This document shows positions 1 to 9,006 of a stretch of DNA of 64,000 bases, one piece after another. The DNA lies in the sequence record NZ_CP071296.1; one strand, written 5' to 3'. The translations under genes and the position numbers were made by a program. The notes under the pieces were generated by a model, which saw only the letters and a list, made by a program, of their open reading frames with translations, made no database searches and was not told where the DNA came from. The stretch is from a plasmid. Positions within the stretch are counted from its first letter, which is position 1, and each line of letters opens with the position of its first letter.

Positions 1-1383
1 CAAGCCTTGTAAGCTCATTTTCGTACCACTCAGTAATTCCCTTCAATCGGTACTTTTCAGGCGGTACGTGTGCAATATTCAACTGTCCACCAAGCCTGTC
101 CTCTTTTTCAAAAAGAGTTACTTTATGTCCTCGTTCTGAAGCCGTTACCGCAGCTTGCATACCTCCAGGTCCTCCACCAATTACAACAATATTTTTGGAT
201 GCTTGAGGCTTTGTGTCGTATACCTTCAAAATCTCCACACCCGCTGTCGGATTCAACACACATCTAACTGGACGCCCGCCCAAAGTAATGTTATTGATAC
301 AGCCCTCCATACAGGAGACGCACTTGAGGATTTCTTTTTCCCTACCCTCCTCAGCTTTCTGCGGCCAATACGGATCGCAAATCAACTGACGACCAAGAGA
401 AACATAATCCGCTTTGCCTTCAGCCAGAACATTTTCACAAAATTGCGGTTCTCTGAGATTTCCAACACACATGACAGGAACAGAAACTGCTTTTTTTATC
501 CTTGCAGCATATTCCACTTTAGTACCTTGTGGACGTATGTATGCCTCGCACTGCCTAGAACTATCGGCTGAAGTACCATAGCTTACATCAAGGAAGTCAG
601 CGCCTGCTTTTTCAAATGTTTGTGCAATGGTAATGCACTCATCATCTGTCAAACCGCGACTGGTATTTTCTTTTCCTGGAATGCGCACACCGACGATGAA
701 GTCCTTACCAACTGCCTGACGAATGCCTGAAATAATTTCAACTCCAAAACGCATTCTGTTCTCAAGACTTTGGCATCCGTATTCATCGTCACGGAAGTTT
801 GCATCACGTGAAAGGAACTGATTGATTAGATATCCATGAGCCGCATGTACCTCGACGCCATCACAACCTGCGTCCTTGCAATTAATCGCAGCCTGTATAA
901 ACTTTTGTACAATTTTCTTAATTTCATCAGTTGTTAATGTGTGAAGCGTATCCTTATCCTCTGCATGGTAATAGCGAATCGGGAGATGTTCTATAGGAGC
1001 GTCCGCGCTGGGACAAACAGGACTCAACCCTCCAGTAGTAGACAACTGTGCCTGTGCCCCGGCATGATGAATCTGCGGAATCAAAAGTGCTCCATACGAT
1101 TGAACTCCCCTAGCAAGAGTTGCCAGAGCGGCAATATGTTTTCTGTCCTCAATGGACTCTGGAACACCAGTAGGATTACCGACCGGAAAATCTACGATAA
1201 CGCCTCCTGTGATTATAATCCCCGCGCCACCTTTGGCACGTTCAAGATAATAGGTTATAATGTTTTCACTCATGGAGCCGTCAGGGTTGGCTAAGTTTGT
1301 GTCCATAGGCGACATTACGATGCGATTTTTAACACGTTTTCCCCGAAGATAGTCTTCTGTAAATAGATGCGAGTATTTCGTCA
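1..1383 (-). CDS. NADH:flavin oxidoreductase (Old Yellow Enzyme family) with C-terminal FAD/NAD(P)-binding domain; 3' end lies outside the window (partial)
   Basis: Minus-strand ATG at 1381-1383 preceded by an AAGGAGAG RBS. Translation begins MTKYSHLFTEDYLRGKRVKNRIVMSPMDTN, an OYE-type N-terminus. A GGGPGG dinucleotide-binding motif is encoded near the window start. The listed plus-strand ORFs 155..571 and 941..1294 are shadow ORFs. Confidence 0.65.
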
Positions 1384-1689
1384 TAATTTTATCTCTCCTT
1401 CCATACTTATGCGTTCAATTAACTTTGATAAAAATTTATCAATGCAAATAGTCTATCAGTATAAATAAAATTTGTATATCGTAATACTGCTAAATCTGTT
1501 GTTTTACTGCTAAAATTTATTTAGTTAATCATTGTTAATCATTAGGTTTCAATAATTTTTTAACAGTGTTCTGATGTACATATTAGGTAAGAAAGCATAA
1601 AAAAACCGATTTATTCAATGTCATTTAGCCTGGCAATCACATTTTCAACATGTTATCTGCATCTTTAAACTGATGGAAGTACTCCTTCA

Positions 1690-2397
1690 TCACCGTTTTG
1701 TTTCTTTAGAAGAGAGATTAGTTTCCGTTTCCTGCTGTTTCACTCTATTTCCTACTGTTTTTTCTTCGATATCCTCAGCCTGATGCTGACTTTTCTCTTT
1801 TACCTGTTCATACTCCCTTACTATCTCTGTATAAAGCTTTTCACGAAATTCCTTGGTAACTGGATAACAAACATCCTGATACATCGGTTTTCCTTGCTCA
1901 TCTATCTGCTTCGTTTTATAAGCCGGCATCGAAACAAAAATATTTTCCTTTCCCTGAAGAATGTTTACATTATTTACAATAAAACTTTCCTCAATATAGA
2001 TTCTGGCAAGTCCCTTGATGTTACTTCCATCTCTTTCATATGGAGATACCGTAACTGAAAATTCTGGCATCTCTACAACACTCTTCATCCCTTTACCACT
2101 GTCTTGTACCTGCTCTGGTGCAAGTGATCGTTCATATGCTTCAAGAATATTTGTATAAAGTTCTTCACGAAATTCTGCCGTGATTGGATTACAGACATCC
2201 TTATAGATGGTTGCACCACTCTCGTCTTTTTCACTAGATTTATATCTAGGCATGGATACAAAAAGTTGATCTTTATCTGCGTTCTCAAGGATTGCGATAT
2301 TGGTAATCTTAAAACTGTCTCCAAATACCACAGTTGCAAATCCTTTGATATTGCTTCCTTCTTTTCTATTAATGCTGTTCACCTTAATTGAATATTT
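1690..2397 (-). CDS. Tandem SpoVG-domain protein (two SpoVG-like repeats); the 5' end abuts the IS and the listed ORF start lies inside the IS inverted repeat
   Basis: Two internally homologous ~95-aa domains (KGFATVVFGDSFKITNIAILEN... and KGLARIYIEESFIVNNVNILQG...) resemble SpoVG. The first 11 codons (MIVDLKLCNRT) are encoded by the IS6 terminal IR; the same peptide starts the ORF at 41388..41633. Confidence 0.55.
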   Translation of the reverse strand, partial: KYSIKVNSINRKEGSNIKGFATVVFGDSFKITNIAILENADKDQLFVSMPRYKSSEKDESGATIYKDVCNPITAEFREELYTNILEAYERSLAPEQVQDSGKGMKSVVEMPEFSVTVSPYERDGSNIKGLARIYIEESFIVNNVNILQGKENIFVSMPAYKTKQIDEQGKPMYQDVCYPVTKEFREKLYTEIVREYEQVKEKSQHQAEDIEEKTVGNRVKQQETETNLSSKETKR

Positions 2398-3206
2398 GGT
2401 TCTGTTGCAAAGTTTTAAATCTACTATCAAATAAGGTAGAATAATAGAAAAAGATAGCAGGAGGAATGAAGATGAATCATTTTAAAGGAAAGCAATTTCA
2501 GCAGGATGTGATTATTGTAGCCGTGGGCTACTATCTTCGTTATAACCTTAGCTATCGTGAAGTTCAAGAAATCTTATATGATCGTGGCATTAACGTTTCT
2601 CATACGACGATTTATCGTTGGGTGCAAGAATATGGCAAACTACTCTATCAAATTTGGAAAAAGAAAAATAAAAAATCCTTTTATTCCTGGAAAATGGATG
2701 AAACGTACATCAAAATTAAAGGAAAATGGCATTATTTGTATCGAGCCATCGATGCAGATGGTTTAACCTTGGATATTTGGTTACGTAAAAAACGGGACAC
2801 ACAAGCAGCCTATGCTTTTCTTAAGCGGTTAGTGAAGCAGTTTGATGAACCGAAGGTTGTAGTCACAGATAAAGCCCCCTCTATTACAAGTGCCTTTAAG
2901 AAACTAAAAGAATACGGCTTTTATCAAGGGACAGAACATCGTACCATTAAATACCTGAATAATTTGATTGAACAAGACCATCGTCCAGTAAAGAGACGCA
3001 ATAAATTCTATCGAAGTTTACGCACTGCCTCACCCACGATTAAAGGTATGGAAGCCATCCGAGGATTATATAAGAAAACCCGAAAAGAAGGCACTCTCTT
3101 CGGGTTTTCGGTCTGTACTGAAATCAAGGTATTATTGGGAATCCCAGCTTAAATCATAGATACCGTAAGGGATTTTATTCTTTATTTAAAACTTTGCAAC
3201 AGAACC
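2398..3206 (+). mobile_element. IS6-family insertion sequence, IS1216-type (809 bp), copy 1
   Basis: Terminal inverted repeats GGTTCTGTTGCAAAGTTT at 2398 and its complement ending at 3206. Single transposase ORF. No 8-bp target-site duplication. Confidence 0.9.
2466..3152 (+). CDS. IS6-family (IS1216-type) transposase, 228 aa
   Basis: MKMNHFKGKQFQQDVIIVAVGYYLRYNLSYREVQEILYDRGINVSHTTIYRW...; a DDE transposase of the IS6 family. Confidence 0.9.
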   Translation: MKMNHFKGKQFQQDVIIVAVGYYLRYNLSYREVQEILYDRGINVSHTTIYRWVQEYGKLLYQIWKKKNKKSFYSWKMDETYIKIKGKWHYLYRAIDADGLTLDIWLRKKRDTQAAYAFLKRLVKQFDEPKVVVTDKAPSITSAFKKLKEYGFYQGTEHRTIKYLNNLIEQDHRPVKRRNKFYRSLRTASPTIKGMEAIRGLYKKTRKEGTLFGFSVCTEIKVLLGIPA

Positions 3207-3337
3207 GGATAATCAATAGTATTATATAAAAGTATCAATCACATACGAGTGATACTTTGGGAAAAAAATAAAATAGTCCAATTTACTTGACCGTGTACTA
3301 TGGTACACGGTTTATAATATTCATGGGGTGAAATAAG

Positions 3338-3754
3338 ATGATTTATCGCATTAGTGAGTTTGCAGATAAATGTGGAGTTAATAAAGAAACGATCAGATAT
3401 TACGAGCGAAAAAATTTATTACAAGAACCTCACCGAACGGAAGCTGGTTATCGGATATATTCATATGATGACGTTAAGCGTGTTGGGTTTATTAAACGAA
3501 TACAGGAACTTGGTTTTTCTTTAAGCGAGATTTATAAATTACTTGGTGTTGTAGATAAAGATGAAGTTCGTTGTCAAGATATGTTCGAATTTATTTCTAA
3601 AAAACAAAAGGAAGCGCAAAAACAAATAGAGGATTTAAAACGAATTGAAATGATATACATCTTTCCGAAAAAGTTTGCTTTTTCTCAAAGCATGGCTATA
3701 AATAATTGTTGGTCCATTCTTAAGGTCGATAACACTTTTCAATACCGACCCTAA
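3338..3754 (+). CDS. MerR-family transcriptional regulator (138 aa)
   Basis: N-terminal MerR HTH (MIYRISEFADKCGVNKETIRYYERKNLL..AGYRIYSYDDVKRVGFIKRIQELGFSLSEI) followed by a coiled-coil region. Confidence 0.7.
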   Translation: MIYRISEFADKCGVNKETIRYYERKNLLQEPHRTEAGYRIYSYDDVKRVGFIKRIQELGFSLSEIYKLLGVVDKDEVRCQDMFEFISKKQKEAQKQIEDLKRIEMIYIFPKKFAFSQSMAINNCWSILKVDNTFQYRP

Positions 3755-3820
3755 TACTGACCCTAATACTGACCTTGATACCGACCCTAATACTGACCCT
3801 AATACCGACCTCAATACTGA
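3744..3820. repeat. 12-bp tandem repeat array (about 6.5 units of ACYGACCYTAAT)
   Basis: Direct reading: accgaccctaat actgaccctaat actgaccttgat accgaccctaat actgaccctaat accgacctcaat actga. Confidence 0.8.
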
Positions 3821-3822
3821 AC

Positions 3823-3848
3823 AAAAAAAGCCACCTGATTTCAGTGGC
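3823..3848 (-). terminator. Rho-independent terminator for the minus-strand ATPase/repeat-protein operon
   Basis: Stem GCCACTGAAATCAGGTGGC followed by TTTTTTT on the minus strand (plus strand reads aaaaaaagccacctgatttcagtggc). Confidence 0.55.
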
Positions 3849-4033
3849 CCAATTAATATATTTAAAATCTTTATAAAGGAGGATTCCTCAGATGTATCTG
3901 GTTGAGCGAATATCAAGCTTTCTGATTGGCTCGTGGTATATAACGAGTTGGTCATTGAGTTTCAACCTAGTTTGATACATTTGATTGGAGCATAATTTAA
4001 TTTCATATTCTCAAAAGATGAGAAAAATTTATA

Positions 4034-4516
4034 TTATCCCAAAAATTTCGTAATACTATCTGCAACATTTTGAATTTGTTCAGGAATGTTTTCGGTTATA
4101 CCTCCTGCAACATTTTGAATCTGTTCGGGAATGTTTTCGGTTATACCTCCTGCAACATTTTGAATCTGTTCGGGAATGTTTTCGGTTATACCTCCTGCAA
4201 CATTTTGAATTTGTTCAGGAATATTTTCGGTTATACCTCCTGCAACATTTTGAATTTGTTCAGGAATGTTTTCGGTTATACCTCCTGCAACATTTTGAAT
4301 CTGTTCGGGAATGTTTTCGGTTATACCTCCTGCAACATTTTGAATCTGTTCGGGAATGTTTTCGGTTATACCTCCTGCAACATTTTGAATCTGTTCGGGA
4401 ATGTTTTCGGTTATACCTCCTGCAACATTTTGAATTTGTTCAGGAATATTTTCGGTTATATTCCCCAAAATTTCTTGTGCTTGTTCAGTTAAGTTTTGAA
4501 ATATATTTTTAAACAT
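4034..4516 (-). CDS. Highly repetitive small protein (160 aa) made of 9 tandem 15-aa units GGITENIPEQIQNVA; function unknown
   Basis: ORF with a GGAGAG RBS. The ATG lies 8 nt after the stop codon of the upstream ATPase. Near-perfect 45-bp DNA repeats. No signal peptide or TM segment. Confidence 0.7.
   Translation of the reverse strand: MFKNIFQNLTEQAQEILGNITENIPEQIQNVAGGITENIPEQIQNVAGGITENIPEQIQNVAGGITENIPEQIQNVAGGITENIPEQIQNVAGGITENIPEQIQNVAGGITENIPEQIQNVAGGITENIPEQIQNVAGGITENIPEQIQNVADSITKFLG
4061..4465. repeat. 9 tandem 45-bp coding repeats
   Basis: Unit tgcaacattttgaatYtgttcRggaatRttttcggttatacctcc repeated head-to-tail with only third-position variation. Confidence 0.9.
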
Positions 4517-6421
4517 TTATAGCTCTCCTTCTATATCTTTTTTATTTGGCAATAATAATCTCAATGAATTTAGCAGAACAACCAGCGTACTTCCCTCATG
4601 CAATGTTATGCTTAGTACCACCGAGGTATTTTTCCATAGACTAATATACACTAAAAATAGAACAACTAATAAAGCAAATATTATATTTTGAGTTACAATA
4701 TTTTTTAATCTTTTAGAAGTTTTATGTGCACTCACAAAATTACCAAGGTCATTATTCATTAATACTACATCTGCAGTTTCTATAGCTACATCCGTGCCAT
4801 CTCCCATCGCAATACCTACATCTGCTACAGCAAGTGCTGGTGCATCATTCACACCATCTCCGATCATCGCGGTTGGACCATATTTTTCTTTATTTTCATT
4901 TATTATTTTTGCCTTTTCATCAGGCATTACATTTGCCTGCACATCTCTTACGCCTAACTGTTTCCCAATTGCCTTTCCCGTTAATACTGCATCACCAGTT
5001 ATCATAATAGTCTTTATTTGATTCTTATTTAAATATTGAATTGCCGAAATTGCAGTCTTTTGAGGAGTATCTTGAATTGCTATTAAGCCTTCGACTTTAT
5101 CGTTAACAGCAATAAATACTACCGTTTTTCCTTCATTTTCAAAGTTTTCCTGTTTTTCAATCCATTCTTGACTTACCATTTTAAATGCACTTGGTTTAGC
5201 AATTCGATAGCTTTCTCCTTGATAGGTTGCGCTCAATCCTGTCCCAAGTTCATTTTCAACTTTTATATCGTAGTCAACTTTTTGAGTTTCAAATTTATTA
5301 ACTATAGCATTTGCTAATGGGTGATTACTTTGCTTTTCCATTGCTACTAATGTATTTCTAAAGGATTCACCATCAAGTTCGGGATTAAAATAGAAATCTA
5401 CTACTTTTGGTTTTCCTTCTGTCAATGTTCCTGTTTTATCAAAAGCGACAGCTTTTAAATTAATTAAATTTGAAAGAAAATTACCACCTTTAAATAGTAT
5501 TCCTTGTTTTGCTAAAGATGATATTCCAGCTAATGTTGCAGGAATTGCAGCAACAGCTAATGCACATGGTGAAGCAGAGACTAGAAAGACTAAACTTCTT
5601 GAAATTGTTTCCGTTAATGTCCAGCCTAAAAACATTGGAGAAAATATAATTAAAGCTAAAAATATTACTAATACTCCGTTGACATAGTGTGGTTCAAAAC
5701 GTTTTATGAAATCGGCAGTTGGTGAAAGGTTATTTTGTGACTCTTCAACCATAGTTAATATTTTAGAAAATACTGTATCCTTGCTATCCTTGGATACTCT
5801 CATAGTGAATGTACCTGTACCATTAATGGTTGAACCAAAAACAATATCACCAACATTTTTTTCTCGAGGAATACTTTCACCATTTATGGTTGACTCATCA
5901 ATGCTTGTTGAACCATTAAGTATGATACCATCAGTTGGAACTTGCGCTCCATTCAAAACTTGAAGTCTATCACCTATTTTTAATTTATCAATCGAAACTA
6001 CTTCTATATTTCCCTCATTATTAATTAAACGAGCTTCCTTAGGATTTAGTTCTATTAGTTTAGTAATTTCCCGTTTACTTTTTCCCTCAACATATTCTTC
6101 AAGAAAGTGTGCCCCTGCGAATATAAAGATTAGTAGAGCAGCTTCAACGGCTTCTCCTAAGAAAATTGCACCTATTGCGGCAAGTGTCATTAAAATATGC
6201 GTATTAGGAGTAAATCTTTTCTTTTTGACTGTCTCTTTTATGGTATCATCTATCCCTTCAAGCATTACATGATATCCCGATAAAATAGTTGCTATTATGC
6301 TAATTAAAACTCTGACTGTACTTGATATTGGGAGTAATAATCCGATGATAAAAATTATTATTCCGATAAAATATAAGCGTAATGCTCTCTTTTCTTTTAA
6401 AGCTGTAATTAAGCTTTTCAT
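4517..6421 (-). CDS. P1B-4-type heavy-metal P-type ATPase (PfeT/CzcP-like; SPC motif; no N-terminal metal-binding domain), 634 aa
   Basis: P-type ATPase motifs DKTGTLT, TGD and GDGVNDAPAL. TM6 motif is SPC (VSASPCALAVA), not CPC. No CxxC HMA domain. Confidence 0.8.
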   Translation of the reverse strand: MKSLITALKEKRALRLYFIGIIIFIIGLLLPISSTVRVLISIIATILSGYHVMLEGIDDTIKETVKKKRFTPNTHILMTLAAIGAIFLGEAVEAALLIFIFAGAHFLEEYVEGKSKREITKLIELNPKEARLINNEGNIEVVSIDKLKIGDRLQVLNGAQVPTDGIILNGSTSIDESTINGESIPREKNVGDIVFGSTINGTGTFTMRVSKDSKDTVFSKILTMVEESQNNLSPTADFIKRFEPHYVNGVLVIFLALIIFSPMFLGWTLTETISRSLVFLVSASPCALAVAAIPATLAGISSLAKQGILFKGGNFLSNLINLKAVAFDKTGTLTEGKPKVVDFYFNPELDGESFRNTLVAMEKQSNHPLANAIVNKFETQKVDYDIKVENELGTGLSATYQGESYRIAKPSAFKMVSQEWIEKQENFENEGKTVVFIAVNDKVEGLIAIQDTPQKTAISAIQYLNKNQIKTIMITGDAVLTGKAIGKQLGVRDVQANVMPDEKAKIINENKEKYGPTAMIGDGVNDAPALAVADVGIAMGDGTDVAIETADVVLMNNDLGNFVSAHKTSKRLKNIVTQNIIFALLVVLFLVYISLWKNTSVVLSITLHEGSTLVVLLNSLRLLLPNKKDIEGEL

Positions 6422-6471
6422 ATTAGATACCTCTTCTAAATGATATAAATATTTTTATATGTTATACTGAT

Positions 6472-6502
6472 ATTATAAACTATACCTTTACGGTAAGGTC
6501 AA
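6472..6502 (-). promoter_or_regulatory. MerR-type promoter for the ATPase operon: -35 TTGACC, 19-bp spacer carrying the dyad ACCTTTACGGTAAGGT, -10 TATAAT
   Basis: Minus strand reads cTTGACCttaccgtaaaggtatagttTATAATatc. A 19-bp spacer carrying a dyad is the hallmark of MerR-activated promoters. A merR-family gene starts divergently at 6512. Confidence 0.5.
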
Positions 6503-6511
6503 GGAGAAAGA

Positions 6512-7291
6512 ATGGAAAATAAAAATTATTTGACTATAGGAAAACTTAGCAGCTATTCTGGTATACATATCAAGGCTTTAAGATATTATGAGTCTATCGG
6601 CATTTTACATCCAGCATTAATTGATGCTAATAATGGTTACCGCTATTACTCTCATGCACATATTCCATATGTGAAAATTATAAAATTATGTGCTGATTAT
6701 GGAATTCCTCTAGGGACTTTTAACGACTTTATTAAGTCCGAAACTGAGATCAATTTGATCGAAATCATTAGAAAAGCTAGTAACATATTAGAATTAAAAG
6801 AAAAGCAATTAAAAGAGGATAAGCAATTTTTAGAATATATACAAAATGAAATAAGCTTATCTCAAAAACTAGACTCATCAATTAATGTTGATTTAGAGCA
6901 AACTCATGAGGATTTTATCTTGATACCTTTCGATGATGTATTTTTTTCAAATAAGTACTATGATACAATTAATAAAACTATCTCTATGTTGAAGGATTTA
7001 GAAATAGAATTTTTTAACCGAATTGGGTGTTATTATTCACTCCAGTATGGTAACTACGATAAATTTCTTGCCTTAAAAGTTCGGGGCCACTCATCAAAGT
7101 TAAAAAACATAAAAATTTTGCATATTGATCATGTCTGTGTTCAAGCACAACATATTGAACCTGATAAGATAACGGATGAATTAATTAGACTTAAAAAACT
7201 TAAGCAAAATTCTATATTAATTCTGGAAACTTACGAAAATCCGTACAACTTTTCAACGCCACATCTGGAATTAAGGATATTATTAAATTAA
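6512..7291 (+). CDS. MerR-family transcriptional regulator with C-terminal effector-binding domain (259 aa)
   Basis: MerR HTH (LTIGKLSSYSGIHIKALRYYESIGILHP...GYRYYS) at the N-terminus plus a ~150-aa C-terminal domain. Divergent from the ATPase and overlaps the MerR-type promoter. Confidence 0.7.
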   Translation: MENKNYLTIGKLSSYSGIHIKALRYYESIGILHPALIDANNGYRYYSHAHIPYVKIIKLCADYGIPLGTFNDFIKSETEINLIEIIRKASNILELKEKQLKEDKQFLEYIQNEISLSQKLDSSINVDLEQTHEDFILIPFDDVFFSNKYYDTINKTISMLKDLEIEFFNRIGCYYSLQYGNYDKFLALKVRGHSSKLKNIKILHIDHVCVQAQHIEPDKITDELIRLKKLKQNSILILETYENPYNFSTPHLELRILLN

Positions 7292-7343
7292 TTGGCAGTT
7301 ATCTAAAAATACAATACTAGATATGTATCTAGTATTGTATTTT

Positions 7344-7711
7344 TTAATTTGGGAGTAGGAATACTACATTTTCTGGGCTAATATTTGTTCTAACATTTCC
7401 CCAAGGAAATGTCCCACCATATCCAGCTTCTTGAACGTTAAATGTTCCATCTGGGTTCACCCCAGTTACTACTGCCACATGACCATATGGTGAGGTTCGA
7501 GCTGTAGTAGACGTTCCATATCCTGTAAAATGGTCAGTAAATCCTGAAGCAATAACTCCTGGAGCCAAATTTGTTCGACGCAAGACTCCTTGACTCACAC
7601 CATTTGTTCCCCAATAACCTCCATTACCATTTACTATGTTTGCTATATATATTCCTTTAGCGGCAAAGTACTGCCAAACAAAATCGGTACAGCCTCCGCC
7701 TGCATAAGGAT
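7344..7711 (-). pseudogene. CHAP-domain peptidoglycan hydrolase, C-terminal fragment (5' end removed by IS insertion)
   Basis: CHAP catalytic Cys (GGGCTDFVWQYF) and His (YGHVAVVTG). The ORF reads upstream into the IS IR at 7712. Confidence 0.6.
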
Positions 7712-8520
7712 GGTTCTGTTGCAAAGTTCCCCATAACACCTGATTTATTGTAAAATGTAATAAAAAAGAATGCGAGGACAATAGATGAATCATTTTAAGG
7801 GCAAACAATTCCAAAAAGACGTGATTATTATCTCTGTTGGGTATTATCTTCGCTATAATTTGAGTTATCGTGATGTTCAAGAGATGTTATATGATCGTGG
7901 CATTAACGTTTCTCACACAACAATTTACCGTTGGGTTCAAGAATATGGTAAGCTGATCTATCAAATCTGGAAAAAGAAAAATAGACAGTCCTTTTATTCG
8001 TGGAAAATGGACGAAACTTATATTAAAATTAAAGGGAAGTGGCATTATCTCTATCGTGCAATCGACTCAGAAGGCATGACACTGGATATTTGGCTAAGAC
8101 GAAAGAGAAATACTCAGTCTGCTTATGCTTTCTTTAAACGACTATACAAGCAGTTTGGGGAACCGAAAGTTATCGTGACAGATAAAGCACCATCAATTGC
8201 TAGTGCTTTTAGGAAGTTACAAAAGCAGGGGCTATACAGCGAAACTGAGCACCGGACAGTCAAGTATCTCAATAACTTAATTGAGCAAGATCATAGACCT
8301 GTTAAACGTCGAAATAAACTTTATCAAAGTCTTCGTACTGCATCAACTACGATTAAGGGCATAGAAGCATTGAGAGGCATATACAAAAAGAACCGAAGAA
8401 ATGGAACGCTCTTCGGCTTTTCGGCATCTACTGAAATTAAAGTTTTGATGGGTATACCAGCATAGTCAAAGTATCAGAATGGGACTTTTGTACTCAGTAT
8501 TGAAACTTTGCAACAGAACC
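7712..8520 (+). mobile_element. IS6-family insertion sequence (ISS1/IS1297-like variant, 809 bp), copy 2
   Basis: IRs GGTTCTGTTGCAAAGTT at 7712 and the complement ending at 8520. The transposase differs from the IS1216 type (FQKDVIIISVGYYLRYNLSYRDVQEMLY). No TSD. Confidence 0.85.
7785..8465 (+). CDS. IS6-family transposase (226 aa)
   Basis: IS6 DDE transposase homolog. Confidence 0.9.
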   Translation: MNHFKGKQFQKDVIIISVGYYLRYNLSYRDVQEMLYDRGINVSHTTIYRWVQEYGKLIYQIWKKKNRQSFYSWKMDETYIKIKGKWHYLYRAIDSEGMTLDIWLRRKRNTQSAYAFFKRLYKQFGEPKVIVTDKAPSIASAFRKLQKQGLYSETEHRTVKYLNNLIEQDHRPVKRRNKLYQSLRTASTTIKGIEALRGIYKKNRRNGTLFGFSASTEIKVLMGIPA

Positions 8521-8819
8521 CATTTTTGCGTTTGACTTGTAAGAACAGGATTGAATGAAGCCATACTGTTCGCATATTTTTAGTGGATGAACAAACAAAA
8601 TACGAGAGATTTTTTGTTCGTTTATCCATGGTTTTAGAAAAAAGAGGGACGATTTCGGAAGAAGAAAATCGTCTCTTTTTTTCTTCTTTTTGTATGACAA
8701 AAAGAAAGATCTTTTGCCCATTTTATAAAAATAAAATGGGTAGGTGGCGTTTGCGTAAAGCAAATCGACACAATCCAAAGGGAATAAAAGGGGAAAGTGA
8801 AACTTCCCCCTTTTCAAGC

Positions 8820-8885
8820 CACATTGTAATATAAGAACGAAGTGCTTTGTATTACAATGTGATAGCTTGCAGTATTTATGGTTTT
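8820..8885 (+). other. Candidate oriT: 12-bp inverted repeat CACATTGTAATA(N18)TATTACAATGTG followed by GATAGCTTGCAGTA, upstream of mobC
   Basis: Perfect IR at 8820-8831 and 8850-8861. It lies immediately upstream of the mobC-mobA module, the usual oriT position. Confidence 0.35.
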
Positions 8886-9006
8886 ATATAGTCTATTTTG
8901 TTATAATGATTGTAACCGAATAGGGCGCAATGCTTATTACAAAATCAATGACAAAGGGCGATTGAGGAATGAGCGCTGGGGCATTTTATCTTTGAGGAGG
9001 CTATTT

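Noticed and set aside
155-1294. Plus-strand ORFs 155..571 and 941..1294
   Set aside because: They lie antisense inside a much longer minus-strand OYE-family oxidoreductase gene with a good RBS. They have no RBS or domain signal and are shadow ORFs.
2557-2766. 69-aa ORFs nested in the transposase genes (also at 27223, 37444, 41760, 44617, 57525)
   Set aside because: These are alternative-frame ORFs inside IS6 transposase genes, identical in every copy. The conservation reflects the transposase frame, not a second gene.
4061-4465. Possible CRISPR array (regular direct repeats)
   Set aside because: The repeats are contiguous 45-bp units with no unique spacers and lie inside a coding frame. This is a tandem coding repeat, not CRISPR.
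4070-4492. Plus-strand 140-aa repeat ORF (NLFGNVFGYTSCNIL repeats)
   Set aside because: It is the antisense reading of the 45-bp repeat array. The minus-strand frame has an RBS and is translationally coupled to the ATPase, so the plus frame is a mirror artefact.
8494-8834. ORFs 8494..8817 (-) and 8583..8834 (+)
   Set aside because: One starts inside the IS IR and both are low-complexity K/F-rich with no RBS. The region is better explained as non-coding oriT/promoter DNA upstream of mobC.
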